Below, in pieces: positions 42,399-50,562 of a stretch of 64,000 nt of DNA (its first letter is position 1; each line of letters starts with the position of its first letter). The translations under genes and the position numbers were made by a program. The notes under the pieces were generated by a model that saw only the letters and a list, made by a program, of their open reading frames with translations, was not told the origin of the DNA and ran no database searches. The DNA comes from a virus (lineage: Duplodnaviria; Heunggongvirae; Uroviricota; Caudoviricetes), in the IMG/VR virus record IMGVR_UViG_3300045049_000270; one strand, 5' to 3'.

Positions 42399-43205
42399 AT
42401 GAGCTTGCGCAATCTTGGTATTCACTGTGATATGGCTTGCCTGGAGCAAGGTTCTGGTTCATGGCAACAACAAGATGTTGACTTGCTCAAATCGGAAAAG
42501 GGTTTGGCAAAGATCTATCGCTCGTTCGACAAAACGACGTTCGATTTCAACATCAATATCCTCATGCAAAAGCATGCCGTTTTTGACTCTGACAAATTAA
42601 ACAAAATCATTCCTAGCGAACAATTGGTTGATCCAACTGCCATAAATGTTTGTCATACGACGAATGTTACTACTAACAGCAACTATATCCCCATGAATGC
42701 TTGGATTATGGTGCATCGCATGGCACATGCCAACCAAGCACGTGGTTACGTATCCGAGCAGTCTTTGATCGATACGCTTGCTGAAGCCTATGAGCGATTG
42801 ACTGGTGATAAGGCAAAAGTGTTATCAGGGCGAATCCAAGGCTTTGGTCGGGATCTAGAAGCATTGTTGATGCTTCTCATGACAATGCGGTCTGCTCGTA
42901 TGTGTAATATCAGCAGTGATTTGGATTTTTTGGGTGAACTACTGGCACAATATGTGATAACTGGCAAGATTTCATTGCTACCAGTCGAAGGTTGGGACCA
43001 GCGCATCGATATCATGAATGCAGTTAAGGATCGCCAGCATTTAGTGCGTAGTCATTATCAAGTAATTGATAATCTTTACATGAAGTCACAAGAACGTTAT
43101 ACTGCTCACCAACTTAGCGAAGAGCTTGCATACCTTGAGCGTGATCTGAACATGATCGTGCATGGCATGCTAACACAATGTATGGGCAAGCTTATCCACT
43201 TTTAA
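42399..43205 (+). CDS. hypothetical protein
   Basis: GGAGGAAAAG then ATG MSLRNLGI; the track start is further upstream. Confidence 0.45.
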   Translation: MSLRNLGIHCDMACLEQGSGSWQQQDVDLLKSEKGLAKIYRSFDKTTFDFNINILMQKHAVFDSDKLNKIIPSEQLVDPTAINVCHTTNVTTNSNYIPMNAWIMVHRMAHANQARGYVSEQSLIDTLAEAYERLTGDKAKVLSGRIQGFGRDLEALLMLLMTMRSARMCNISSDLDFLGELLAQYVITGKISLLPVEGWDQRIDIMNAVKDRQHLVRSHYQVIDNLYMKSQERYTAHQLSEELAYLERDLNMIVHGMLTQCMGKLIHF

Positions 43206-43307
43206 AGTGGTTATTCCAGTAGAAATTATTGTTGACTATTGGCACCGTACTAAATAGAATGTGAAACACTTACGGAACACCAGCAAACGTTGTTGTGGAA
43301 AGAATTT

Positions 43308-43382
43308 GCGTCTGTAGCTCAGTGGAAGAGCAGGGCCCTTACAAGGCCAAGGTCGGGAGTTCAACCCTCTCCAGACGCACCA
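43308..43382 (+). tRNA. tRNA-Val (anticodon UAC), CCA encoded
   Basis: hand-folded cloverleaf: acceptor GCGTCTG/CAGACGC, D-arm GCTC-AGTGGAA-GAGC, anticodon loop CTTACAA, T-arm GGGAG-TTCAACC-CTCTC, then A-CCA. Confidence 0.7.
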
Positions 43383-43423
43383 TTTTGGGGAATTAGCTCA
43401 GCTGGCGAAAGCTGGCCCCCGTT

Positions 43424-43500
43424 CTCCGGTTAGTATAGTCTGGTTAGTATACGTGGTTTGGGACCATGGGACGCAAGTTCGAATCTTGCACTGGAGACCA
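43424..43500 (+). tRNA. tRNA-like gene, possibly tRNA-Pro (UGG); D-arm non-canonical
   Basis: acceptor CTCCGGT/ACTGGAG, anticodon arm CGTGG-TTTGGGA-CCATG, T-arm GCAAG-TTCGAAT-CTTGC, A-CCA end; D-region holds a GGTTAGTATA direct repeat I could not fold cleanly. Confidence 0.4.
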
Positions 43501-43531
43501 AATTCATCCTGTTAGCTATGTGCTTTCAGAT

Positions 43532-43568
43532 AATGGCCTCAGTTTTAACTGAGGCCATTTTGTTTTTA
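43532..43568 (+). terminator. rho-independent terminator after the tRNA pair
   Basis: AATGGCCTCAGTTTTAACTGAGGCCATTTTGTTTTT. Confidence 0.7.
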
Positions 43569-44050
43569 TGGGAATGATAATGACGACAACAATCAAAATT
43601 GTAAACTTCACTGGTGCGATGCATGAGTGCGAATATTGTGGCAGTCATAGTTCTGAAAGAACAACCATATTTGTGAATGATGAAGAAGTATGGCAAAAGT
43701 ATGATGACGGCCATATGCATAGTTCGATATCTGAAAGATCATTAGTTGATTGCATTTTAGAAGCTTGGAACAAGCAACAGAACAGTTATATTGAACAGGA
43801 ATATACAGAGACCCGTCGGATTGCTTGGAATAAGCGTCATCCTGGCAATTCAATTGCGGCCACACCTGAAAATTGGTTAGAAGCCAAGGACAGGGTTCTT
43901 GGCTCTCAATTAGAGTACCTAGAGCAGGTGAAGCAGGATTGTAATCACCTCCCATATGAAATCGAACTTCAAGTAAAAATGATTGCATTGTGGATCGAAA
44001 ATGCGTGTGGTGAAAAAATAGTAATTGAAATTGAAGGGGAATTTGAGTAA
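43568..44050 (+). CDS. hypothetical protein (160 aa)
   Basis: CEYCGSH Cys pair near the N-terminus; follows the terminator at 43532. Confidence 0.45.
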   Translation: MGMIMTTTIKIVNFTGAMHECEYCGSHSSERTTIFVNDEEVWQKYDDGHMHSSISERSLVDCILEAWNKQQNSYIEQEYTETRRIAWNKRHPGNSIAATPENWLEAKDRVLGSQLEYLEQVKQDCNHLPYEIELQVKMIALWIENACGEKIVIEIEGEFE

Positions 44051-44142
44051 CGTCTCCCAGCGCTTGCTATGCGGTGCGGTTTGTAATATGATGATAGATG
44101 TGTGCTTCCGGCTTGGCGGGGCACACGGCATAAGACCCTAGT

Positions 44143-44182
44143 TAGAGGCCACGACTTACAGGTCGTGGCCTCTTTTTTCATT
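44143..44182 (+). terminator. rho-independent terminator
   Basis: AGAGGCCACGAC-TTACAG-GTCGTGGCCTCTTTTTTCATTTT. Confidence 0.75.
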
Positions 44183-44265
44183 TTGAATCAAGTCTTGACG
44201 TATAAAAGGTGATCCTATAGTATTGGCGGCTGTGCGTTGACTGGTCTCTCGCACAATTCCCCGTT

Positions 44266-44303
44266 TAGAGCCACTAGGACCCTCGCCTAGTGGCTCTTTT
44301 TTC
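44266..44303 (+). terminator. rho-independent terminator
   Basis: AGAGCCACTAGG-ACCCTCG-CCTAGTGGCTCTTTTTTCG. Confidence 0.75.
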
Positions 44304-44314
44304 GCTTGCTTCAT

Positions 44315-44370
44315 TCATCATCTGAATATACCATCTACTTGTGAAACTCATGAAATGAATAAGGGGAAAG
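44315..44370 (+). promoter_or_regulatory. family-P promoter cassette
   Basis: TTGCTT-N17-TACCAT; CATTCATCATCTGAATA palindromic spacer. Confidence 0.45.
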
Positions 44371-44372
44371 TG

Positions 44373-44615
44373 ATGACAAGCAATGCTAAAGAATCAATGA
44401 AAGTCTCGATTCCTCGTTTGCTCAAATTGCATGCGCAAGTGCAAGTTTTGTATGTTCCTCCAGTCGATTGGTCGATATTCGACAATCACCCAGACCCGGA
44501 CATCATAACATTGGTCCCGGCATGGAAAGAGTACTGTGAGGCGAAGGAACGTCTCGATAAGGTCATCAAGAATTTATCCAGCAAGCGCTCAACCGAAATC
44601 ATGTATAGCAAATAA
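44373..44615 (+). CDS. hypothetical protein
   Basis: family-P promoter at 44315; AAGGGGAAAG then ATG. Confidence 0.45.
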   Translation: MTSNAKESMKVSIPRLLKLHAQVQVLYVPPVDWSIFDNHPDPDIITLVPAWKEYCEAKERLDKVIKNLSSKRSTEIMYSK

Positions 44616-44639
44616 TTTTCATTTATGTCATACATAACC

Positions 44640-44672
44640 ACGCCATTCAGTTAAAATGGCGTTTTCTTTTTG
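44640..44672 (+). terminator. rho-independent terminator
   Basis: ACGCCATT-CAGTTAAA-ATGGCGTTTTCTTTTT. Confidence 0.65.
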
Positions 44673-44683
44673 GGGAGTGTGTG

Positions 44684-45298
44684 ATGGAAATTAAAGAACA
44701 ATTCCTTATCGTTCAAGCTATTCTGAATGAAGTTGCAGGGCGTGAAGGTTGCTATCCGGATGGTGATATTGCCGAACAAATCATTAAGATGGTACGAGAT
44801 CGAACTGGTAATGACAGCTTTTGTCGTGATATTCCACCGCTTAGTACCATAGATGTGGCTGATACGTTCGAACTGTGTATCGAAACGTGGGAAAATGACA
44901 CTGATCACTACAGAACGAAAGTGCTCAGGAATCTCACCGAGAATGATCTCGACTTTTATATCGAGCTTACTAGCATATTCACCAGCGCAAATTCACACCA
45001 AGATCCTGGCATGGGTAACGAAGAGCATGACTTCAAAGCATATGAAAAAGTAATGCGCAATCTCTTTGATCGTCACTTGGAGAAGCTGTCGCCTGATACC
45101 AAGACACTGTGGGCTCTGACGCCTGAGCAAAACATGAATGTGGAATCGCGCGGCAACGCTTACTATGAATTGCTGACCGAACATGTGCTAGGTTATCCCG
45201 TTGAATACGATTGGGGTTTTGCTCGGGTAGTCGACAACCTCAAAGTATTCACCATTAAAGACGGACGTCTAATTGAAGTAACTGATCGCTTCAAATAA
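44684..45298 (+). CDS. hypothetical protein (205 aa)
   Basis: GGGGAG RBS; follows the terminator at 44640. Confidence 0.5.
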   Translation: MEIKEQFLIVQAILNEVAGREGCYPDGDIAEQIIKMVRDRTGNDSFCRDIPPLSTIDVADTFELCIETWENDTDHYRTKVLRNLTENDLDFYIELTSIFTSANSHQDPGMGNEEHDFKAYEKVMRNLFDRHLEKLSPDTKTLWALTPEQNMNVESRGNAYYELLTEHVLGYPVEYDWGFARVVDNLKVFTIKDGRLIEVTDRFK

Positions 45299-45301
45299 GT
45301 G

Positions 45302-45357
45302 TTGCAACCATGTTCAGGTGAATGTATCATTTGGCTATTGGTAAACAACAGGAGAAC
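45302..45357 (+). promoter_or_regulatory. family-P promoter cassette (consensus copy)
   Basis: TTGCAA-N17-TATCAT; CCATGTTCAGGTGAATG; GGTAAACAACAGGAG. Confidence 0.6.
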
Positions 45358-45360
45358 ACA

Positions 45361-45618
45361 ATGGCAAAGCAAATGCTGAACAAAGATCTGATCGCTCAAC
45401 TGGAAGCTGCGCTTGCCATCCTCAAGACGCTTCCACCGGATATGGAAGTGAAAGGTCGGTCGGGAGTGGGTGACGACTCGGGCATCTACGGAACGCTGCT
45501 CGAAGTGAGCGTTGAAGCACCTGACTACGATGGTGACGAATGCGTCCTTAACGCTCTCGTTCGTGACGAAAACGATGAAGATGGAGACGAGGGCGAAGAA
45601 GAAGACGAGGACGAATAA
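45361..45618 (+). CDS. hypothetical protein with poly-Asp/Glu C-terminal tail
   Basis: family-P promoter at 45302; tail DENDEDGDEGEEEDEDE. Confidence 0.45.
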   Translation: MAKQMLNKDLIAQLEAALAILKTLPPDMEVKGRSGVGDDSGIYGTLLEVSVEAPDYDGDECVLNALVRDENDEDGDEGEEEDEDE

Positions 45619-45623
45619 AACAC

Positions 45624-45680
45624 TTGCAACCATGTTCAGATGAATGTATCATTTGAACATGGTAAGCAAATGTGGAGGTG
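45624..45680 (+). promoter_or_regulatory. family-P promoter cassette (consensus copy)
   Basis: TTGCAA-N17-TATCAT; CCATGTTCAGATGAATG; TTGAACATGGTAAGCAAATGTGGAGG. Confidence 0.65.
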
Positions 45681-45683
45681 AAA

Positions 45684-45866
45684 ATGTTTGGTCTGCTATC
45701 GGTGAACATGAAGCAAATGTCGAAATTCAAGGTAGATGCTGACAATATTCGTGTTTACGATCACATCATGAAAAACAAGGGCAAAGTATCAACGCTTGAT
45801 GCTCGTTCGTATATCGAACAGTTGAATGAATTTGGCATCTTCTACACATTCAAGGAATATGCATGA
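45684..45866 (+). CDS. hypothetical protein
   Basis: family-P promoter at 45624; GGAGG RBS. Confidence 0.4.
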   Translation: MFGLLSVNMKQMSKFKVDADNIRVYDHIMKNKGKVSTLDARSYIEQLNEFGIFYTFKEYA

Positions 45867-46039
45867 TCAACTCAGCAAACGATGACAAGAAGGGCACTGG
45901 CGAAGAGTGCGAGCATTGTGGTAACAACACAGTGTATTCGTACCCTCGAATGGGATGTCTGTTGTGTGGTGCGCCAGTCTGTTGCTCTTTCTGCTGTTCT
46001 GAAACTTATAATGCGTTGAAACAATATAAGGAGGAATAA
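45863..46039 (+). CDS. Cys-rich zinc-ribbon micro-protein (58 aa, below the ORF-track cutoff)
   Basis: ATGA overlap at the start and TAATG overlap at the end; CEHCG...CLLCG..CCSFCCS. Confidence 0.3.
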   Translation: MINSANDDKKGTGEECEHCGNNTVYSYPRMGCLLCGAPVCCSFCCSETYNALKQYKEE

Positions 46040-46395
46040 TGATTGACTCGTTTTTTGAGAAGTACGCAGACTTGATCATTGAGCGTTTTGCCTTTACACC
46101 CACAAACGTTGTAACATCTGTTGATGCTTGTTGTGATCTAAAGATCCTAATTCGGCGACATCTGTTCAACTATCTACAAGCACGCAAACATGGCAATCAG
46201 GAAATGCTGATTACCGTTTCGCAGGAAGGATGCCTTCTCGAAGGTAAGATTGCAGTTTATTACAGTACGTTACCATTCAAAGATGGTCTTACTTCCGAAC
46301 AGAAGGAAGAAGCGATGTTGGCTTGTGCCAGAACCTCGGTTGCAGTAAATGGCATGATCAACAACTATCGCAATCAAGTATTGCAGTCGTTTTAA
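46039..46395 (+). CDS. hypothetical protein
   Basis: AAGGAGGAATA then ATG; terminator at 46411. Confidence 0.45.
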   Translation: MIDSFFEKYADLIIERFAFTPTNVVTSVDACCDLKILIRRHLFNYLQARKHGNQEMLITVSQEGCLLEGKIAVYYSTLPFKDGLTSEQKEEAMLACARTSVAVNGMINNYRNQVLQSF

Positions 46396-46410
46396 CCAGA
46401 TTTCTTTAAT

Positions 46411-46445
46411 ATGATGGCCTCCAGTTGGAGGCCATCATATTATCA
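46411..46445 (+). terminator. terminator hairpin
   Basis: ATGATGGCCTCCAGTTGGAGGCCATCAT then ATTAT. Confidence 0.55.
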
Positions 46446-46539
46446 GAGTTCTGCCTGGGTTTGATAGCTTTCATTAATAGGATCACAGAGTTCCTTAGTT
46501 AAAGTTAATAACCTCCATGAATTGTCCATGAACAATCTG

Positions 46540-46598
46540 TTTGCGGAATGGTTCATATGAACATAAAATAATGATATGGTATACCACAAGGGGGTGTG
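46540..46598 (+). promoter_or_regulatory. family-P promoter cassette
   Basis: TTGCGG-N17-TAAAAT; GGTTCATATGAACA palindrome. Confidence 0.5.
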
Positions 46599-46600
46599 TG

Positions 46601-47230
46601 ATGATAGTAGGAGGTCTTCCTCATAATTTGGGTGTTATTGAATGTGATGCGTCTGAGATGATGTTTATTCAATATATGCCTATTCAAATGCCTGGATGTG
46701 GTCTTCGTATTCCGGATAACCTGATGTGTTTCAAGCCGTTGATTGATCGAGTCATTCGTGATGCTGAGGAGACTTATTTCTCTTTTAATGATGAGTATTA
46801 CATTTATATCACAGCCAAGCATTTGTATGTTACTCCTGAGAATTTGGGTAATCGACCTGGGTGGCATATTGATGGTTTTGGGACGGATGATATAAATTAT
46901 ATTTGGTCTGATGGTGCTCCTGAAAACAGTACTGAGTTCTGCGATCAGGCATTTGATATTTCAGAAGATGAGCATCAGTCGATGGTTGACATGACTGCGC
47001 AAGCTGATGAAGGTAACATTGTCACCTATCTACCCAAGACGTTACTAAGACTTGATAACAAGATCGTTCACAGAACCTCCACAAGAGCCGTGGCGGGGTA
47101 CCGGACATTTGTTAAGTTGTCTTTGTCGAAACAGATTTACAATCTCAAGGGTAACGCGCACAATTATTTGTTCGACTATGCTTGGAACATGATTGAGCGT
47201 GATGCCGAACGAAATGTGACTTCAAAATAG
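46601..47230 (+). CDS. hypothetical protein
   Basis: family-P promoter at 46540; AGGGGGTGTGTG then ATG. Confidence 0.5.
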   Translation: MIVGGLPHNLGVIECDASEMMFIQYMPIQMPGCGLRIPDNLMCFKPLIDRVIRDAEETYFSFNDEYYIYITAKHLYVTPENLGNRPGWHIDGFGTDDINYIWSDGAPENSTEFCDQAFDISEDEHQSMVDMTAQADEGNIVTYLPKTLLRLDNKIVHRTSTRAVAGYRTFVKLSLSKQIYNLKGNAHNYLFDYAWNMIERDAERNVTSK

Positions 47231-47233
47231 TGT

Positions 47234-47290
47234 TTGCTACTATGGTTAAATGAACGTATCATTTTGTGCATGGTAGACAACAGGGAGGTG
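47234..47290 (+). promoter_or_regulatory. family-P promoter cassette
   Basis: TTGCTA-N17-TATCAT; GGTTAAATGAACG; GTGCATGGTAGACAACAGGGAGG. Confidence 0.55.
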
Positions 47291-47551
47291 ATGATGGCTA
47301 TTAAGCTAGACGCTGAGTTTTTGGGTAAGATTCGTAGTCCTATCCAATCAGTGTGGGGTATGATTGCTCCTGATGTTGACGAATGTGATTCGAACGATGA
47401 AGCTGTCGAGCTGGTTTTGGATGCCAATCGTTTGTCTATGTTTTTGGGGGAGCGGGGTAGGGAGGTTGAGAACCTTATTGCTCAAGCAGAACGGGAACAT
47501 GGTTTTAGCCAGGTAGATACGTTCATTTGCAATAACATTCAGCTTATCTAA
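47291..47551 (+). CDS. hypothetical protein
   Basis: family-P promoter at 47234; GGGAGGTG then ATGATG. Confidence 0.45.
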   Translation: MMAIKLDAEFLGKIRSPIQSVWGMIAPDVDECDSNDEAVELVLDANRLSMFLGERGREVENLIAQAEREHGFSQVDTFICNNIQLI

Positions 47552-47561
47552 AGGGGGTGGT

Positions 47562-47756
47562 ATGAACATCAAACAAGCATATGATTATGTTGATGCGTAC
47601 CACCCTGCCATGGAAGTTTGGGAGATCTATGATGAGGATCCTGACTTTCGGACTGCCATGTCAGTATTGTTTCCTAACTTCGAGTATCCAGACTTTTCTG
47701 GGTTGAAGATGTGTGAGGTTCTTGCCAAATACAAGAGGGAGGCTGGTGATGTATAA
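47562..47756 (+). CDS. hypothetical protein (64 aa)
   Basis: GGGGGTGGT then ATG. Confidence 0.4.
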   Translation: MNIKQAYDYVDAYHPAMEVWEIYDEDPDFRTAMSVLFPNFEYPDFSGLKMCEVLAKYKREAGDV

Positions 47757-48039
47757 CCTGCTTGTCGTTATTCAATATGTGATGGTTGGATTGATGATCA
47801 TTTGCTACGTTATGTATTACCGATATCACATTCGGGAAGAATTTACAATCATCACCACTACTGTAAATCGAATTGTTGACGGTGTATGGGAAGAGGAAAT
47901 TGACGTCAAGCTTGAACGGTCGATTCTCCCAAAAGATGCTGAAAAACGCGCGATATGGGGTTGGTCTTTTATTGGATTTACCATTGCTGCTTTTGTGGTG
48001 ATGGGGATCCTCATCCACATTACACCGTCGATTAAGTAA
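47749..48039 (+). CDS. small membrane protein
   Basis: two TM helices (LLVVIQYVMVGLMIICYVMYY; GWSFIGFTIAAFVVMGILI); 8-nt overlap with the upstream gene. Confidence 0.4.
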   Translation: MYNLLVVIQYVMVGLMIICYVMYYRYHIREEFTIITTTVNRIVDGVWEEEIDVKLERSILPKDAEKRAIWGWSFIGFTIAAFVVMGILIHITPSIK

Positions 48040-48344
48040 AATTTACTTGGTTACAAAAATTTCTGTAAAAAGTGCTTGCGGTGGAGCATAATCAGTTTTA
48101 ATCTACGTTTTGTTGTTAGTACGTGACTTAATGGAGACCGTAGATGTCACTTGCTGCTGAAGATGTAGTAGAGTTAATCCACCTTTGGTCAACGGCAAAA
48201 TGCGCAAATCTGCGTGCCACATATGAAAATCAATTAAAACGAGTGGCAAGAAATATCATTGCTTCGAGTGTTATTAGCCAACTATCGGGATGTTGAATCG
48301 GTAGTTTTAAAGCTCAGGATAAATAAACGCAAAGGAGAATTCCA

Positions 48345-48785
48345 ATGCGTTTTGATGAATTTTATAAAATCCTGCAAGAAGACATCGGATACCAGCCAAA
48401 TAGCGTAAACGACAACGAAAAAGAACTTGATGAAGCGAATTGGGATCGTATGTCTCGAGGCTGGATTATCCTTCCAGCTACTATGGCATTGTATGGCAAG
48501 CGTGTGGTGACGCTGCAAGAAGCGGTGTCAGAGTGGGGTGACGGTACAATCTACATTTGTGCTAAAGACGAGAATGGTCGCCAGCGCATATTGTTTGTAT
48601 ATTCCTCAGGTCAAGAAGGCGATGACAAAGTAGGCAAGACTTACGAAGCATTCCATGATCAGACTCATGCGTCAAAGGGTTTTTACACAGTTCTGAATGT
48701 TGCTCACTTTGAGAACAATGAGCTAGTTCGATCAGTGAATAACATTGGCTTGAATGTTAAAGCATCACTTGCTGTATTCAAGTAA
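48345..48785 (+). CDS. hypothetical protein (146 aa)
   Basis: AAGGAGAATTCCA then ATG. Confidence 0.5.
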   Translation: MRFDEFYKILQEDIGYQPNSVNDNEKELDEANWDRMSRGWIILPATMALYGKRVVTLQEAVSEWGDGTIYICAKDENGRQRILFVYSSGQEGDDKVGKTYEAFHDQTHASKGFYTVLNVAHFENNELVRSVNNIGLNVKASLAVFK

Positions 48786-48841
48786 TACTTCATCTGAAAA
48801 TATGATGGCTCCCAAATTGGGAGCCATCGTTCATTCTACGC

Positions 48842-48896
48842 TTGCTGTTTCATTCATATGAAGTTACTATTGTTCTAAGTTAAATAACAGGAGCGA
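48842..48896 (+). promoter_or_regulatory. family-P promoter cassette
   Basis: TTGCTG-N17-TACTAT; CATTCATATGAAGT; AACAGGAG. Confidence 0.5.
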
Positions 48897-48898
48897 AC

Positions 48899-49411
48899 AT
48901 GAAAGTTGAATACGGGCAGATGCTGCTTAACGGTAAGCGTGCCGATGAAGTAGCGCATGACGTTTGGTTTTATAATGAAACACAACTTCAAGAATTATCG
49001 ATGATGCTAATTGATCTTGGTATCGAAAGTGACTTCGATACTGAAGATGGTTTCGAGGAATTGTGGTTTCTTATCGGTATACGCTCTGAATATTTCGAAG
49101 CAGAAAGGAGTCGTGAAATAGATGAGAGAATTGCTGAACGTGGTGGTTTTCGACATGGTAAGGATTTGAATCAGCAAATATTTCTGTCAAATGACGTTGT
49201 GACCCAAGCTGCAAAAGTAATCTTCGGTGATATTGCGGTAGCTGGTTATGTTCGTGTCGCCGCTTGTGAAAAGAAAGGAGTGAGCGTCTTCGAAAATGAA
49301 GAAAGCTATCAACTCAATTGCGATGCCGAAGATGTGGTGATTGAATTTTCGAACGGACGACGTGTTGAATTTTCAAATTCAGAATGGGGCGCAATCACAT
49401 TGTTGAAGTGA
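48899..49411 (+). CDS. hypothetical protein (170 aa)
   Basis: family-P promoter at 48842; AGGAGCGAAC then ATG; terminator at 49422. Confidence 0.5.
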   Translation: MKVEYGQMLLNGKRADEVAHDVWFYNETQLQELSMMLIDLGIESDFDTEDGFEELWFLIGIRSEYFEAERSREIDERIAERGGFRHGKDLNQQIFLSNDVVTQAAKVIFGDIAVAGYVRVAACEKKGVSVFENEESYQLNCDAEDVVIEFSNGRRVEFSNSEWGAITLLK

Positions 49412-49421
49412 ATGTAATAAA

Positions 49422-49460
49422 TGATTGATGGCCTCCAAAATGGAGGCCATCAATCATTCA
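49422..49460 (+). terminator. terminator hairpin
   Basis: TGATTGATGGCCTCCAAAATGGAGGCCATCAATCA then TTCAATT. Confidence 0.55.
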
Positions 49461-49540
49461 ATTAAAGCATATGGCATCGCTACCATCAGTTGGGACCTTT
49501 ACGAGCCGGTACGCAAGAAGTAACCATGTTCAGTTAGTGC

Positions 49541-49597
49541 TTGACTGTTATACCAAATGAACGTAATATACGAACATGGTAGACAAACAGGAGAGCA
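49541..49597 (+). promoter_or_regulatory. family-P promoter cassette
   Basis: TTGACT-N17-TAATAT; ACCAAATGAACG; CGAACATGGTAGACAAACAGGAG. Confidence 0.6.
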
Positions 49598-49599
49598 CA

Positions 49600-49962
49600 A
49601 TGAACAAGACGCAAGCGCAGAAGCTGAAGAAAGAGCAGATTCAGTCGTTGCTCGCAAAGGATGATCGTGCTGTTGTCCGTGCTCTCGTTCGTATTTACGA
49701 ACGCCAAACGGCTGATGAGCAACGCAGCGAAGAAACGAAGCACCATAACGAAGTAGGCTTCCGCGCAAACGATGCAAAGTACATGACGATGGCTGCCAAG
49801 TTTGCGTTGCGCAATGGTCGGCTTGATGACTATCATCTGCAGAAGGTGCGCGGTCGAATCATGCATTACTGGCGCCAACTAGCTGAGATTGCTGAAGAAC
49901 AGAATGCGAAACGTGTTGCGATGGGTAAAGAAACGGTTCCCCTCTGCGGCCGCCAAAAGTAA
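49600..49962 (+). CDS. hypothetical protein
   Basis: family-P promoter at 49541; AGGAGAGCACA then ATG MNKTQAQ. Confidence 0.45.
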   Translation: MNKTQAQKLKKEQIQSLLAKDDRAVVRALVRIYERQTADEQRSEETKHHNEVGFRANDAKYMTMAAKFALRNGRLDDYHLQKVRGRIMHYWRQLAEIAEEQNAKRVAMGKETVPLCGRQK

Positions 49963-50016
49963 GCCAGTTTTAGATTATGTTGATGCCATATGTGTTAGCA
50001 TACGGCATCAACGCTA

Positions 50017-50211
50017 TTGGAATTTCAAATGTATTTCGTAACAACGATTTGGCGCAGTGCATTACACATTGATCCTATGCGACTCTTTCCAGAAGAAGAG
50101 CAAGCACAAAACTATGCTCGTGATTTGAAAAATTACGGCGAAGTTCGCATTTACCTACTCAGCTCTGATGCTCCACCAAAACGCATCAAGCTAAAGGAAC
50201 GTGATGAATAA
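50017..50211 (+). CDS. hypothetical protein (64 aa)
   Basis: short ORF with weak RBS. Confidence 0.35.
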   Translation: MEFQMYFVTTIWRSALHIDPMRLFPEEEQAQNYARDLKNYGEVRIYLLSSDAPPKRIKLKERDE

Positions 50212-50244
50212 TCCAAGGTTAGTATCATATACTGGAGTGCAGTA

Positions 50245-50487
50245 ATGCTATTCATCATTCTTTGGATACTTGCCGGTAGCATCGCATTAGTGCTGTTCAT
50301 CGCAACAGGTGGTATGCCTGTAGTATGTAGAAGCGCATATTTACAAGATGGCAAGAACCTTGCAATTTTCCTTTTTGGTTGGTGGCTCATCGGTGGTATC
50401 GGCTTGATATACATGATTGTCGTTCTTACTGGTATGGGAACGATGTATCTGCGTTCTAAGATTATCAAACAATCAAATTCGAGATGA
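50245..50487 (+). CDS. small membrane protein
   Basis: three hydrophobic helices; GGAG RBS. Confidence 0.4.
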   Translation: MLFIILWILAGSIALVLFIATGGMPVVCRSAYLQDGKNLAIFLFGWWLIGGIGLIYMIVVLTGMGTMYLRSKIIKQSNSR

Positions 50488-50498
50488 GGTGTAGTGAT

Positions 50499-50528
50499 AA
50501 AATGGTGGGCTAAGTAGCCCACCATTTT
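50499..50528 (+). terminator. rho-independent terminator
   Basis: AAAATGGTGGGC-TAAGTA-GCCCACCATTTTG. Confidence 0.65.
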
Positions 50529-50562
50529 GACTACTAAAACATGGCTACTGTAACATGGTTGA

